Assembly (NCBI GenBank): GCA_964016885.1
Contig: OZ024740.1
Location: 110,918,001 to 110,982,000, forward strand
DNA: 64,000 bases
From: Eledone cirrhosa
Lineage: Eukaryota
Direction of reading: 5' to 3'
Translations under genes and position numbers: made by a program
Shown here: one piece after another, positions 26,501 to 39,900 of the stretch
Numbering within the stretch: position 1 is the stretch's first letter
Layout of the letters: each line of letters starts with the position of its first letter
Notes under the pieces: model-generated
Databases searched by the model: none
Seen by the model: only the letters and a program-made list of their open reading frames with translations
Told to the model about the DNA's origin: nothing

Positions 26501-29500
26501 TGTGTATGTCTGAGTGTTAATGTGTGTTGGTATGTGTTACTGTGTATGTATGTGTGTTAATATGTGTGTTGGTATGTGTTACTGTGTATGTCTGTGTGTT
26601 AATATGTGTGTTGGTATGTGTTACTGTGTATGTCTGTGTGTTAATGTGTGTGTTGGTATGTGTTACTGTGTATGTCTGTGTGTTAATATGTGTGTTGGTA
26701 TGTGTTACTGTGTATGTCTGTGTGTTAATATGTCTGTTGGTATGTGTTACTGTGTATGTCTGTGTGTTAATATGTCTGTTGGTATGTGTTACTGTGTATG
26801 TCTGTGTGTTAATGTGTGTTGGTATGTGTTACTGTGTATGTCTGTGTGTTAATATGTATGTTGGTATGTGTTACTGTGTATGTCTGTGTGTTAATATGTG
26901 TTGGTATGTGTTACTGTGTATGTCTGTGTGTTAATAAGTGTGTTGGTATGTGTTACTGTGTATGTCTGTGTGTTAATAAGTGTGTTGGTATGTGTTACTG
27001 TGTATGTATGTGTGTTAATATGTGTGTTGGTATGTGTTACTGTGTATGTCTGTGTGTTAATATGTGTGTTGGTATGTGTTACTGTGTATGTCTGTGTGTT
27101 AATGTGTGTGTTGGTATGTGTTACTGTGTATGTCTGTGTGTTAATATGTGTGTTGGTATGTGTTACTGTGTATGTCTGTGTGTTAATATGTCTGTTGGTA
27201 TGTGTTACTGTGTATGTCTGTGTGTTAATATGTCTGTTGGTATGTGTTACTGTGTATTTCTGTGTGTTAATGTGTGTTGGTATGTGTTACTGTGTATGTC
27301 TGTGTGTTAATATGTATGTTGGTATGTGTTACTGTGTATGTCTGTGTGTTAATATGTGTTGGTATGTGTTACTGTGTATGTCTGTGTGTTAATAAGTGTG
27401 TTGGTATGTGTTACTGTGTATGTCTGTGTGTTAATGTGTGTTGGTATGTGTTACTGTGTATGTCTGTGTGTTAATGTGTGTTGGTATGTGTTACTGTGTA
27501 TGTCTGTGTGTTAATATGTGTTGGTATGTGTTACTGTGTATGTCTGTGTGTTAATGTGTGTTGGTATGTGTTACTGTGTATGTCTGTGTGTTAATATGTA
27601 TGTTGGTATGTGTTACTGTGTATGTCTGTGTGTTAAAGTGTGTTGGTATGTGTTACTGTGTATGTCTGTGTGTTAATATATGTGTTGGTATGTGTTACTG
27701 TGTATGTCTGTGTGTTAATATGTGTGTTGGTATGTATTACTGTTTATGTCTGTGTGTTAATGTGTGTTGGTATGTGTTACTGTGTATGTCTGTGTGTTAA
27801 TATGTATGTTGGTATGTGTTACTGTGTATGTCTGTGTGTTAATGTGTGTTGGTATGTGTTACTGTGTATGTCTGTGTGTTAATGTGTGTTGGTATGTGTT
27901 ACTGTGTATGTCTGTGTATTAATATGTGTTGGTATGTGTTACTGTGTATGTCTGTGTGTTAATGTGTGTTGGTATGTGTTACTGTGTATGTCTGTGTGTT
28001 AATATGTTTGTTGGTATGTGTTACTGTGTATGTCTGTGTGTTAAAGTGTGTTGGTATGTGTTACTGTGTATGTCTGTGTGTTAATATATGTGTTGGTATG
28101 TGTTACTGTGTATGTCTGTGTGTTAATATGTGTGTTGGTATGTGTTACTGTGTATGTCTGTGTGTTAATGTGTGTGATGGTATGTGTTACTGTGTATGTC
28201 TGTGTGTTAATATGTGTGTTCGTATGTGTTACTGTGTATGTCTGTGTGTTAATATATGTTTTGGTATGTGTTACTGTGTATGTCTGTGTGTTAATATGTG
28301 TGTTGGTATGTGTTACTGTGTATGTCTGTGTGTTAATATGTGTGTTGGTATGTGTTACTGTGTATGTCTGTGTGTTAATATGTGTGTTGGTATGTGTTAC
28401 TGTGTATGTCTGTGTGTTAATATGTGTGTTTGTATGTGTTACTCTGTATGTCTGTGTTAATATGTGTGTTAGTATGTGTTACTGTGTATGTCTGTGTGTT
28501 AATATGTGTGTTGGTATGTGTTACTGTGTATGTCTGTGTGTTAATATGTGTGTTGGTATGTGTTACTGTGCATGTCTGTGTGTTAATATATGTGTTGGTA
28601 TGCGTTACTGTGTATGTCTGTGTGCTAATATGTGTGTTGGTATGTGTTACTGTGTATGTATGTGTGTTAATATGTGTGTGGGTAGGTGTTACTGTGTATG
28701 TATGTGTGTTAATATGTGTGTTGGTATGTGTTACTGTGTATGTCTGTGTGTTAATATGTGTGTTGGTATGTGTTACTGTGTATGTCTGTGTGTTAATGTG
28801 TGTGTTGGTATGTGTTACTGTGTATGTCTGTGTGTTAATATGTGTGTTGGTATGTGTTACTGTGTATGTCTGTGTGTTAATATGTCTGTTGGTATGTGTT
28901 ACTGTGTATGTCTGTGTGTTAATATGTCTGTTGGTATGTGTTACTGTGTATTTCTGTGTGTTAATGTGTGTTGGTATGTGTTACTGTGTATGTCTGTGTG
29001 TTAATATGTATGTTGGTATGTGTTACTGTGTATGTCTGTGTGTTAATATGTGTTGGTATGTGTTACTGTGTATGTCTGTGTGTTAATAAGTGTGTTGGTA
29101 TGTGTTACTGTGTATGTCTGTGTGTTAATGTGTGTTGGTATGTGTTACTGTGTATGTCTGTGTGTTAATGTGTGTTGGTATGTGTTACTGTGTATGTCTG
29201 TGTGTTAATATGTGTTGGTATGTGTTACTGTGTATGTCTGTGTGTTAATGTGTGTTGGTATGTGTTACTGTGTATGTCTGTGTGTTAATATGTATGTTGG
29301 TATGTGTTACTGTGTATGTCTGTGTGTTAAAGTGTGTTGGTATGTGTTACTGTGTATGTCTGTGTGTTAATATATGTGTTGGTATGTGTTACTGTGTATG
29401 TCTGTGTGTTAATATGTGTGTTGGTATGTGTTACTGTTTATGTCTGTGTGTTAATGTGTGTTGGTATGTGTTACTGTGTATGTCTGTGTGTTAATATGTA

Positions 29501-32500
29501 TGTTGGTATGTGTTACTGTGTATGTCTGTGTGTTAATGTGTGTTGGTATGTGTTACTGTGTATGTCTGTGTGTTAATGTGTGTTGGTATGTGTTACTGTG
29601 TATGTCTGTGTATTAATATGTGTTGGTATGTGTTACTGTGTATGTCTGTGTGTTAATGTGTGTTGGTATGTGTTACTGTGTATGTCTGTGTGTTAATATG
29701 TTTGTTGGTATGTGTTACTGTGTATGTCTGTGTGTTAAAGTGTGTTGGTATGTGTTACTGTGTATGTCTGTGTGTTAATATATGTGTTGGTATGTGTTAC
29801 TGTGTATGTCTGTGTGTTAATATGTGTGTTGGTATGTGTTACTGTGTATGTCTGTGTGTTAATGTGTGTGATGGTATGTGTTACTGTGTATGTCTGTGTG
29901 TTAATATGTGTGTTCGTATGTGTTACTGTGTATGTCTGTGTGTTAATATATGTTTTGGTATGTGTTACTGTGTATGTCTGTGTGTTAATATGTGTGTTGG
30001 TATGTGTTACTGTGTATGTCTGTGTGTTAATATGTGTGTTGGTATGTGTTACTGTGTATGTCTGTGTGTTAATATGTGTGTTGGTATGTGTTACTGTGTA
30101 TGTCTGTGTGTTAATATGTGTGTTTGTATGTGTTACTCTGTATGTCTGTGTTAATATGTGTGTTAGTATGTGTTACTGTGTATGTCTGTGTGTTAATATG
30201 TGTGTTGGTATGTGTTACTGTGTATGTCTGTGTGTTAATATGTGTGTTGGTATGTGTTACTGTGCATGTCTGTGTGTTAATATATGTGTTGGTATGCGTT
30301 ACTGTGTATGTCTGTGTGCTAATATGTGTGTTGGTATGTGTTACTGTGTATGTATGTGTGTTAATATGTGTGTGGGTAGGTGTTACTGTGTATGTCTGTG
30401 TGTTAATACATGTGTTGGTATGTGTTACTGTGTATGTCTGTGTGTTAATATGTGTGTTGGTATGTGTTACTGTGTATGTCTGTGTGTTAATATGTGTGTT
30501 GGTATGTGTTACTGTGTATGTCTGTGTGTTAATATGTGTGTTGGTATGTGTTATTGTGTATGTCTGTGTGTTAATATGTGTGTTGGTATGTGTTACTGTG
30601 TATGTCTGTGTGTTAATATGTGTGTTGGTATGTGTTACCGTTTATGTCTGTGTGTTAATATATGTGTTGGTATGTGTTACTGTGTATGTCTGTGTGTTAA
30701 TATGTGTGTTGGTATGTGTTACTGTGTATGTCCGTGCGTTAATATGTGTGTTGTTATGTGTTAGTGTGTATGTCTGTGTGTTAATATATGTGTTGGTATG
30801 TGTTACTGTGTATGTCTGTGTGTTAATGTGTGTGTTGGTATGTGTTACTGTGTATGTCTGTGTGTTAATATGTGTGTTGTTATGTGTTACTGTGTATGTC
30901 TGTGTGTTAATGTGTGTTGGTATGTGTTACTGTGTATGTCTGTGTGTTAATGTGTGTGTTGGTATGTGTTACTGTGTATGTCTGTGTGTTAATGTGTGTT
31001 GGTATGTGTTACTGTGTATGTCTGTGTGTTAATATGTGTTGGTATGTGTTACTGTGTATGTCTGTGTGTTAATGTGTCTGTTGGTATGTGTTACTGTGTA
31101 TGTCTGTGTGTTAATATGTGTGTTGGTATGTGTTACTGTGTATGTCTGTGTGTTAATGTGTGTGTTGGTATGTGTTACTGTGTATGTCTGTGTGTTAATA
31201 TGTGTATTGGTATGTGTTACGTGTATGTCTGAGTGTTAATGTGTGTTGGTATGTGTTACTGTGTATGTATGTGTGTTAATATGTGTGTTGGTATGTGTTA
31301 CTGTGTATGTCTGTGTGTTAATATGTCTGTTGGTATGTGTTACTGTGTATGTCTGTGTGTTAATATGTCTGTTGGTATGTGTTACTGTGTATGTCTGTGT
31401 GTTAATGTGTCTGTTGGTATGTGTTACTGTGTATGTATGTGTGTTAATATGTGTGTTGGTATGTGTTACTGTGTATGTCTGTGTGTTAATATGTCTGTTG
31501 GTATGTGTTACTGTGTATGTCTGTGTGTTAATATGTCTGTTGGTATGTGTTACTGTGTATGTCTGTGTGTTAATGTGTCTGTTGGTATGTGTTACTGTGT
31601 ATGTCTGTGTGTTAATATGTATGTTGGTATGTGTTACTGTGTATGTCTGTGTGTTAATATGTGTTGGTATGTGTTACTGTGTATGTCTGTGTGTTAATAA
31701 GTGTGTTGGTATGTGTTACTGTGTATGTCTGAGTGTTAATGTGTGTTGGTATGTGTTACTGTGTATGTATGTGTGTTAATATGTGTGTTGGTATATGTTA
31801 CTCTGTATGTCTGTGTGTTAATATGTGTGTTGGTATGTGTTACTGTGTATGTCTGTGTGTTAATGTGTGTGTTGGTATGTGTTACTGTGTATGTCTGTGT
31901 GTTAATATGTGTGTTGGTATGTGTTACTGTGTATGTCTGTGTGTTAATATGTCTGTTGGTATGTGTTACTGTGTATGTCTGTGTGTTAATATGTCTGTTG
32001 GTATGTGTTACTGTGTATGTCTGTGTGTTAATGTGTGTTGGTATGTGTTACTGTGTATGTCTGTGTGTTAACATGTATGTTGGTATGTGTTACTGTGTAT
32101 GTCTGTGTGTTAATATGTGTTGGTATGTGTTACTGTGTATGTCTGTGTGTTAATGTGTGTTGGTATGTGTTACTGTGTATGTCTGTGTGTTAATGTGTGT
32201 GTTGGTATGTGTTACTGTGTATGTCTGTGTGTTAATGTGTGTTGGTATGTGTTACTGTGTATGTCTGTGTGTTAATATGTGTTGGTATGTGTTACTGTGT
32301 ATGTCTGTGTGTTAATGTGTGTGTTGGTATGTGTTACTGTGTATGTCTGTGTGTTAATATGTGTGTTGGTATGTGTTACTGTGTATGTCTGTGTGTTAAT
32401 GTGTGTGTTGGTATGTGTTACTGTGTATGTCTGTGTATTAATATGTGTGTTGATATGTGTTACTGTGTATGTCTGAGTGTTAATGTGTGTTGGTATGTGT

Positions 32501-33900
32501 TACTGTGTATGTATGTGTGTTAATATGTGTGTTGGTATGTGTTACTGTGTATGTCTGTGTGTTAATATGTGTGTTGGTATGTGTTACTGTGTATGTCTGT
32601 GTGTTAATGTGTGTGTTGGTATGTGTTACTGTGTATGTCTGTGTGTTAATATGTGTGTTGGTATGTGTTACTGTGTATGTCTGTGTGTTAATATGTGTGT
32701 TGGTATGTGTTACTGTGTATGTCTGTGTGTTAATATATGTTTTGGTATGTGTTACTGTGTATGTCTGTGTGTTAATATGTGTGTTGCTATGTGTTACTGT
32801 GTATGTCTGTGTGTTAATATGTGTGTTGGTATGTGTTACTGTGTATGTCTGTGTGTTAATATGTGTGTTGGTATGTGTTACTGTGTATGTCTGTGTGTTA
32901 ATATGTGTGTTGGTATGTGTTACTGTGTATGTCTGTGTTAATATGTGTGTTGGTATGTGTTACTGTGTATGTCTGTGTGTTAATATGTGTGTTGGTATGT
33001 GTTACTGTGTATGTCTGTGTGTTAATATGTGTGTTGGTATGTGTTACTGTGCATGTCTGTGTGTTAATATATGTGTTGGTATGCGTTACTGTGTATGTCT
33101 GTGTGCTAATATGTGTGTTGGTATGTGTTACTGTGTATGTATGTGTGTTAATATGTGTGTTGGTATGTGTTACTGTGTATGTCTGTGTGTTAATATATGT
33201 GTTGGTATGTGTTACTGTGTATGTCTGTGTGTTAATATTTGTGTTGGTATGTGTTACTGTGTATGTCTGTGTGTTAATATGTGTGTTGGTATGTGTTACT
33301 GTGTATGTCTGTGTGTTAATATGTGTGTTGGTATGTGTTACTGTGTATGTCTGTGTGTTAATATGTGTGTTGGTATGTGTTATTGTGTATGTCTGTGTGT
33401 TAATATGTGTGTTGGTATGTGTTACTGTGTATGTCTGTGTGTTAATATGTGTGTTGGTATGTGTTACCGTTTATGTCTGTGTGTTAATATATGTGTTGGT
33501 ATGTGTTACTGTGTATGTCTGTGTGTTAATATGTGTGTTGGTATGTGTTACTGTGTATGTCCGTGCGTTAATATGTGTGTTGTTATGTGTTAGTGTGTAT
33601 GTCTGTGTGTTAATATATGTGTTGGTATGTGTTACTGTGTATGTCTGTGTGTTAATGTGTGTGTTGGTATGTGTTACTGTGTATGTCTGTGTGTTAATAT
33701 GTGTGTTGTTATGTGTTACTGTGTATGTCTGTGTGTTAATGTGTGTTGGTATGTGTTACTGTGTATGTCTGTGTGTTAATGTGTGTGTTGGTATGTGTTA
33801 CTGTGTATGTCTGTGTGTTAATGTGTGTTGGTATGTGTTACTGTGTATGTCTGTGTGTTAATATGTGTTGGTATGTGCTACTGTGTATGTCTGTGTGTTA
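14550..33900. repeat. Large duplication: ~14.55-22.8 kb copied at ~23.75-33.9 kb (offset 9,220, rising to 11,082 and 11,123)
   Basis: Offsets are +9220 (14730/23950, 15424/24644, 17140/26360, 18746/27966), +11082 (19914/30996) and +11123 (20610/31733, 21782/32905, 22702/33825). Rare shared variants: TATGCC ~16325/25545, TTAACATG ~20945/32068, TTAACG ~22775/33898. Confidence 0.85.
26995..30385. repeat. Nested tandem duplication, period 1,694 bp
   Basis: Offsets are +1694 (27274/28968, 27558/29252, 27966/29660). The GTTCGTATG variant has its C at 28221 and 29915, and GTGGGTAGG occurs at ~28678 and ~30372. Confidence 0.85.
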
Positions 33901-36900
33901 ACGTGTGTGTTGGTATGTGTTACTGTGTATGTCTGTGTGTTAATATGTGTGTTGGTATGTGTTACTGTGTATGTCTGTGTGTTAATATGTGTGTTGGTAT
34001 GTGTTACTGTGTATGTCTGTGTGTTAATATGTGTGTTGGTATGTGTTACTGTGTATGTCTGTGTGTTAATACGTGTGTTGGTATGTGTTACTTTGTATGA
34101 CTGTGTGTTAATGTGTGTGTTGGTATGTGTTACTGTGTATGTCTGTGTGTTAATATGTGTGTTGGTATGTGTTACTGTGTATGTCTGTGTGTTAATATGT
34201 GTGTTGGTATGTGTTACTGTGTATGTCTGTGTGTTAATATGTGTGTTGGTATGTGTTACTGTGTATGTCTGTGTGTTAATGTGTGTTGGTATTTGTTACT
34301 GTGTCTGTCTGTGTGTTAATATGTATGTTGGTATGTGTTACTGTGTATGTCTGTGTGTTAATATGGGTGTTGGTATGTGTTACTGTGTGTGTCTGTGTGT
34401 TAATATGTGTGTTGGTATGTGTTACTGTGTATGTCTGTGTGTTAATATGTGTGTTGGTATGTGTTACTCTGTATGTCTGTGTGTTAATGTGTGTTGGTAT
34501 GTGTTACTGTGTATGTCTGTGTGTTAATATGTGTGTTGGTATGTGTTACTGTGTATGTCTGTGTGTTAATATGTGTTGGTATGTGTTACTGTGTATGTCT
34601 GTGTGTTAATATGTATGTTGGTATGTGTTACTGTGTATGTCTGTGTGTTAATATGTGTTGGTATGTGTTACTGTGTATGTCTGTGTGTTAATAAGTGTGT
34701 TGGTATGTGTTACTGTGTATGTCTGAGTGTTAATGTGTGTTGGTATGTGTTACTGTGTATGTATGTGTGTTAATATGTGTGTTGGTATGTGTTACTGTGT
34801 ATGTCTGTGTGTTAATATGTGTGTTGGTATGTGTTACTGTGTATGTCTGTGTGTTAATGTGTGTGTTGGTATGTGTTACTGTGTATGTCTGTGTGTTAAT
34901 ATGTGTGTTGGTATGTGTTACTGTGTATGTCTGTGTGTTAATATGTCTGTTGGTATGTGTTACTGTGTATGTCTGTGTGTTAATATGTCTGTTGGTATGT
35001 GTTACTGTGTATGTCTGTGTGTTAATGTGTGTTGGTATGTGTTACTGTGTATGTCTGTGTGTTAATATGTATGTTGGTATGTGTTACTGTGTATGTCTGT
35101 GTGTTAATATGTGTTGGTATGTGTTACTGTGTATGTCTGTGTGTTAATAAGTGTGTTGGTATGTGTTACTGTGTATGTCTGTGTGTTAATGTGTGTTGGT
35201 ATGTGTTACTGTGTATGTCTGTGTGTTAATGTGTGTTGGTATGTGTTACTGTGTATGTCTGTGTGTTAATATGTGTTGGTATGTGTTACTGTGTATGTCT
35301 GTGTGTTAATGTGTGTTGGTATGTGTTACTGTGTATGTCTGTGTGTTAATATGTATGTTGGTATGTGTTACTGTGTATGTCTGTGTGTTAAAGTGTGTTG
35401 GTATGTGTTACTGTGTATGTCTGTGTGTTAATATATGTGTTGGTATGTGTTACTGTGTATGTCTGTGTGTTAATATGTGTGTTGGTATGTGTTACTGTGT
35501 ATGTCTGTGTGTTAATATGTGTGATGGTATGTGTTACTGTGTATGTCTGTGTGTTAATATGTGTGTTGGTATGTGTTACTGTGTATGTCTGTGTGTTAAT
35601 ATATGTTTTGGTATGTGTTACTGTGTATGTCTGTGTGTTAATATGTGTGTTGCTATGTGTTACTGTGTATGTCTGTGTGTTAATATGTCTGTTGGTATGT
35701 GTTACTGTGTATGTCTGTGTGTTAATATGTCTGTTGGTATGTGTTACTGTGTATGTCTGTGTGTTAATGTGTGTTGGTATATGTTACTGTGTATGTCTGT
35801 GTGTTAATATGTATGTTGGTATGTGTTACTGTGTATGTCTGTGTGTTAATATGTGTTGGTATGTGTTACTGTGTATGTCTGTGTGTTAATAAGTGTGTTG
35901 GTATGTGTTACTGTGTATGTCTGAGTGTTAATGTGTGTTGGTATGTGTTACTGTGTATGTATGTGTGTTAATATGTGTGTTGGTATGTGTTACTCTGTAT
36001 GTCTGTGTGTTAATATGTGTTGGTATGTGTTACTGTGTATGTCTGTGTGTTAATGTGTGTTGGTATGTGTTACTGTGTATGTCTGTGTGTTAATGTGTGT
36101 GTTGGTATGTGTTACTGTGTATGTCTGTGTGTTAATGTGTGTTGGTATGTGTTACTGTGTATGTCTGTGTGTTAATATGTGTTGGTATGTGTTACTGTGT
36201 ATGTCTGTGTGTTAATGTGTGTGTTGGTATGTGTTACTGTGTATGTCTGTGTGTTAATATGTGTGTTGGTATGTGTTACTGTGTATGTCTGTGTGTTAAT
36301 GTGTGTGTTGGTATGTGTTACTGTGTATGTCTGTGTGTTAATATGTGTGTTGATATGTGTTACTGTGTATGTCTGAGTGTTAATGTGTGTTGGTATGTGT
36401 TACTGTGTATGTATGTGTGTTAATATGTGTGTTGGTATGTGTTACTGTGTATGTCTGTGTGTTAATATGTGTGTTGGTATGTGTTACTGTGTATGTCTGT
36501 GTGTTAATGTGTGTGTTGGTATGTGTTACTGTGTATGTCTGTGTGTTAATATGTGTGTTGGTATGTGTTACTGTGTATGTCTGTGTGTTAATATGTGTGT
36601 TGGTATGTGTTACTGTGTATGTCTGTGTGTTAATATATGTTTTGGTATGTGTTACTGTGTATGTCTGTGTGTTAATATGTGTGTTGCTATGTGTTACTGT
36701 GTATGTCTGTGTGTTAATATGTGTGTTGGTATGTGTTACTGTGTATGTCTGTGTGTTAATATGTGTGTTGGTATGTGTTACTGTGTATGTCTGTGTGTTA
36801 ATATGTGTGTTGGTATGTGTTACTGTGTATGTCTGTGTTAATATGTGTGTTGGTATGTGTTACTGTGTATGTCTGTGTGTTAATATGTGTGTTGGTATGT

Positions 36901-39900
36901 GTTACTGTGTATGTCTGTGTGTTAATATGTGTGTTGGTATGTGTTACTGTGCATGTCTGTGTGTTAATATATGTGTTGGTATGCATTACTGTGTATGTCT
37001 GTGTGCTAATATGTGTGTTGGTATGTGTTACTGTGTATGTATGTGTGTTAATATGTGTGTTGGTATGTGTTACTGTGTATGTCTGTGTGTTAATATATGT
37101 GTTGGTCTGTGTTACTGTGTATGTCTGTGTGTTAATATCTGTGTTGGTATGTGTTACTGTGTATGTCTGTGTGTTAATATGTGTGTTGGTATGTGTTACT
37201 GTGTATGTCTGTGTGTTAATATGTGTTTGGTATGTGTTACTGTGTATGTCTGTGTGTTAATATGTGTGTTGGTATGTGTTATTGTGTATGTCTGTGTGTT
37301 AATATGTGTGTTGGTATGTGTTACTGTGTATGTCTGTGTGTTAATATGTGTGTTGGTATGTGTTACCGTTTATGTCTGTGTGTTAATATATGTGTTGGTA
37401 TGTGTTACTGTGTATGTCTGTGTGTTAATATGTGTGTTGGTATGTGTTACTGTGTATGTCCGTGCGTTAATATGTGTGTTGTTATGTGTTAGTGTGTATG
37501 TCTGTGTGTTAATATATGTGTTGGTATGTGTTACTGTGTATGTCTGTGTGTTAATGTGTGTGTTGGTATGTGTTACTGTGTATGTCTGTGTGTTAATATG
37601 TGTGTTGTTATGTGTTACTGTGTATGTCTGTGTGTTAATGTGTGTTGGTATGTGTTACTGTGTATGTCTATGTGTTAATGTGTGTGTTGGTATGTGTTAC
37701 TGTGTATGTCTGTGTGTTAATGTGTGTTGGTATGTGTTACTGTGTATGTCTGTGTGTTAATATGTGTTGGTATGTGTTACTGTGTATGTCTGTGTGTTAA
37801 TGTGTGTGTTGGTATGTGTTACTGTGTATGTCTGTGTGTTAATATGTGTGTTGGTATGTGTTACTGTGTATGTCTGTGTGTTAATATGTGTGTTGGTATG
37901 TGTTACTGTGTATGTCTGTGTGTTAATATGTGTGTTGGTATGTGTTACTGTGTATGTCTGTGTGTTAATACGTGTGTTGGTATGTGTTACTTTGTATGAC
38001 TGTGTGTTAATGTGTGTGTTGGTATGTGTTACTGTGTATGTCTGTGTGTTAATATGTGTGTTGGTATGTGTTACTGTGTCTGTCTGTGTGTTAATATGTA
38101 TGTTGGTATGTGTTACTGTGTATGTCTGTGTGTTAATATGGGTGTTGGTATGTGTTACTGTGTGTGTCTGTGTGTTAATATGTGTGTTGGTATGTGTTAC
38201 TGTGTATGTCTGTGTGTTAATATGTGTGTTGGTATGTGTTACTCTGTATGTCTGTGTGTTAATGTGTGTTGGTATGTGTTACTGTGTATGTCTGTGTGTT
38301 AATATGTGTGTTGGTATGTGTTACTGTGTATGTCTGTGTGTTAATATGTGTTGGTATGTGTTACTGTGTATGTCTGTGTGTTAATATGTATGTTGGTATG
38401 TGTTACTGTGTATGTCTGTGTGTTAATATGTGTTGGTATGTGTTACTGTGTATGTCTGTGTGTTAATAAGTGTGTTGGTATGTGTTACTGTGTATGTCTG
38501 AGTGTTAATGTGTGTTGGTATGTGTTACTGTGTATGTATGTGTGTTAATATGTGTGTTGGTATGTGTTACTGTGTATGTCTGTGTGTTAATATGTGTGTT
38601 GGTATGTGTTACTGTGTATGTCTGTGTGTTAATGTGTGTGTTGGTATGTGTTACTGTGTATGTCTGTGTGTTAATATGTGTGTTGGTATGTGTTACTGTG
38701 TATGTCTGTGTGTTAATATGTCTGTTGGTATGTGTTACTGTGTATGTCTGTGTGTTAATATGTCTGTTGGTATGTGTTACTGTGTATGTCTGTGTGTTAA
38801 TGTGTGTTGGTATGTGTTACTGTGTATGTCTGTGTGTTAATATGTATGTTGGTATGTGTTACTGTGTATGTCTGTGTGTTAATATGTGTTGGTATGTGTT
38901 ACTGTGTATGTCTGTGTGTTAATAAGTGTGTTGGTATGTGTTACTGTGTATGTCTGTGTGTTAATGTGTGTTGGTATGTGTTACTGTGTATGTCTGTGTG
39001 TTAATGTGTGTTGGTATGTGTTACTGTGTATGTCTGTGTGTTAATATGTGTTGGTATGTGTTACTGTGTATGTCTGTGTGTTAATGTGTGTTGGTATGTG
39101 TTACTGTGTATGTCTGTGTGTTAATATGTATGTTGGTATGTGTTACTGTGTATGTCTGTGTGTTAAAGTGTGTTGGTATGTGTTACTGTGTATGTCTGTG
39201 TGTTAATATATGTGTTGGTATGTGTTACTGTGTATGTCTGTGTGTTAATATGTGTGTTGGTATGTGTTACTGTGTATGTCTGTGTGTTAATATGTGTGAT
39301 GGTATGTGTTACTGTGTATGTCTGTGTGTTAATATGTGTGTTGGTATGTGTTACTGTGCATGTCTGTGTGTTAATATATGTTTTGGTATGTGTTACTGTG
39401 TATGTCTGTGTGTTAATATGTGTGATGCTATGTGTTACTGTGTATGTCTGTGTGTTAATATGTCTGTTGGTATGTGTTACTGTGTATGTCTGTGTGTTAA
39501 TATGTCTGTTGGTATGTGTTACTGTGTATGTCTGTGTGTTAATGTGTGTTGGTATGTGTTACTGTGTATGTCTGTGTGTTAATATGTATGTTGGTATGTG
39601 TTACTGTGTATGTCTGTGTGTTAATATGTGTTGGTATGTGTTACTGTGTATGTCTGTGTGTTAATAAGTGTGTTGGTATGTGTTACTGTGTATGTCTGTG
39701 TGTTAATATGTGTGTTGGTATGTGTTACTGTGTATGTCTGTGTGTTAATGTGTGTGTTGGTATGTGTTACTGTGTATGTCTGTGTGTTAATATGTGTGTT
39801 GGTATGTGTTACTGTGTATGTCTGTGTGTTAATATGTGTGTTGGTATGTGTTACTGTGTATGTCTGTGTGTTAATATATGTTTTGGTATGTGTTACTGTG

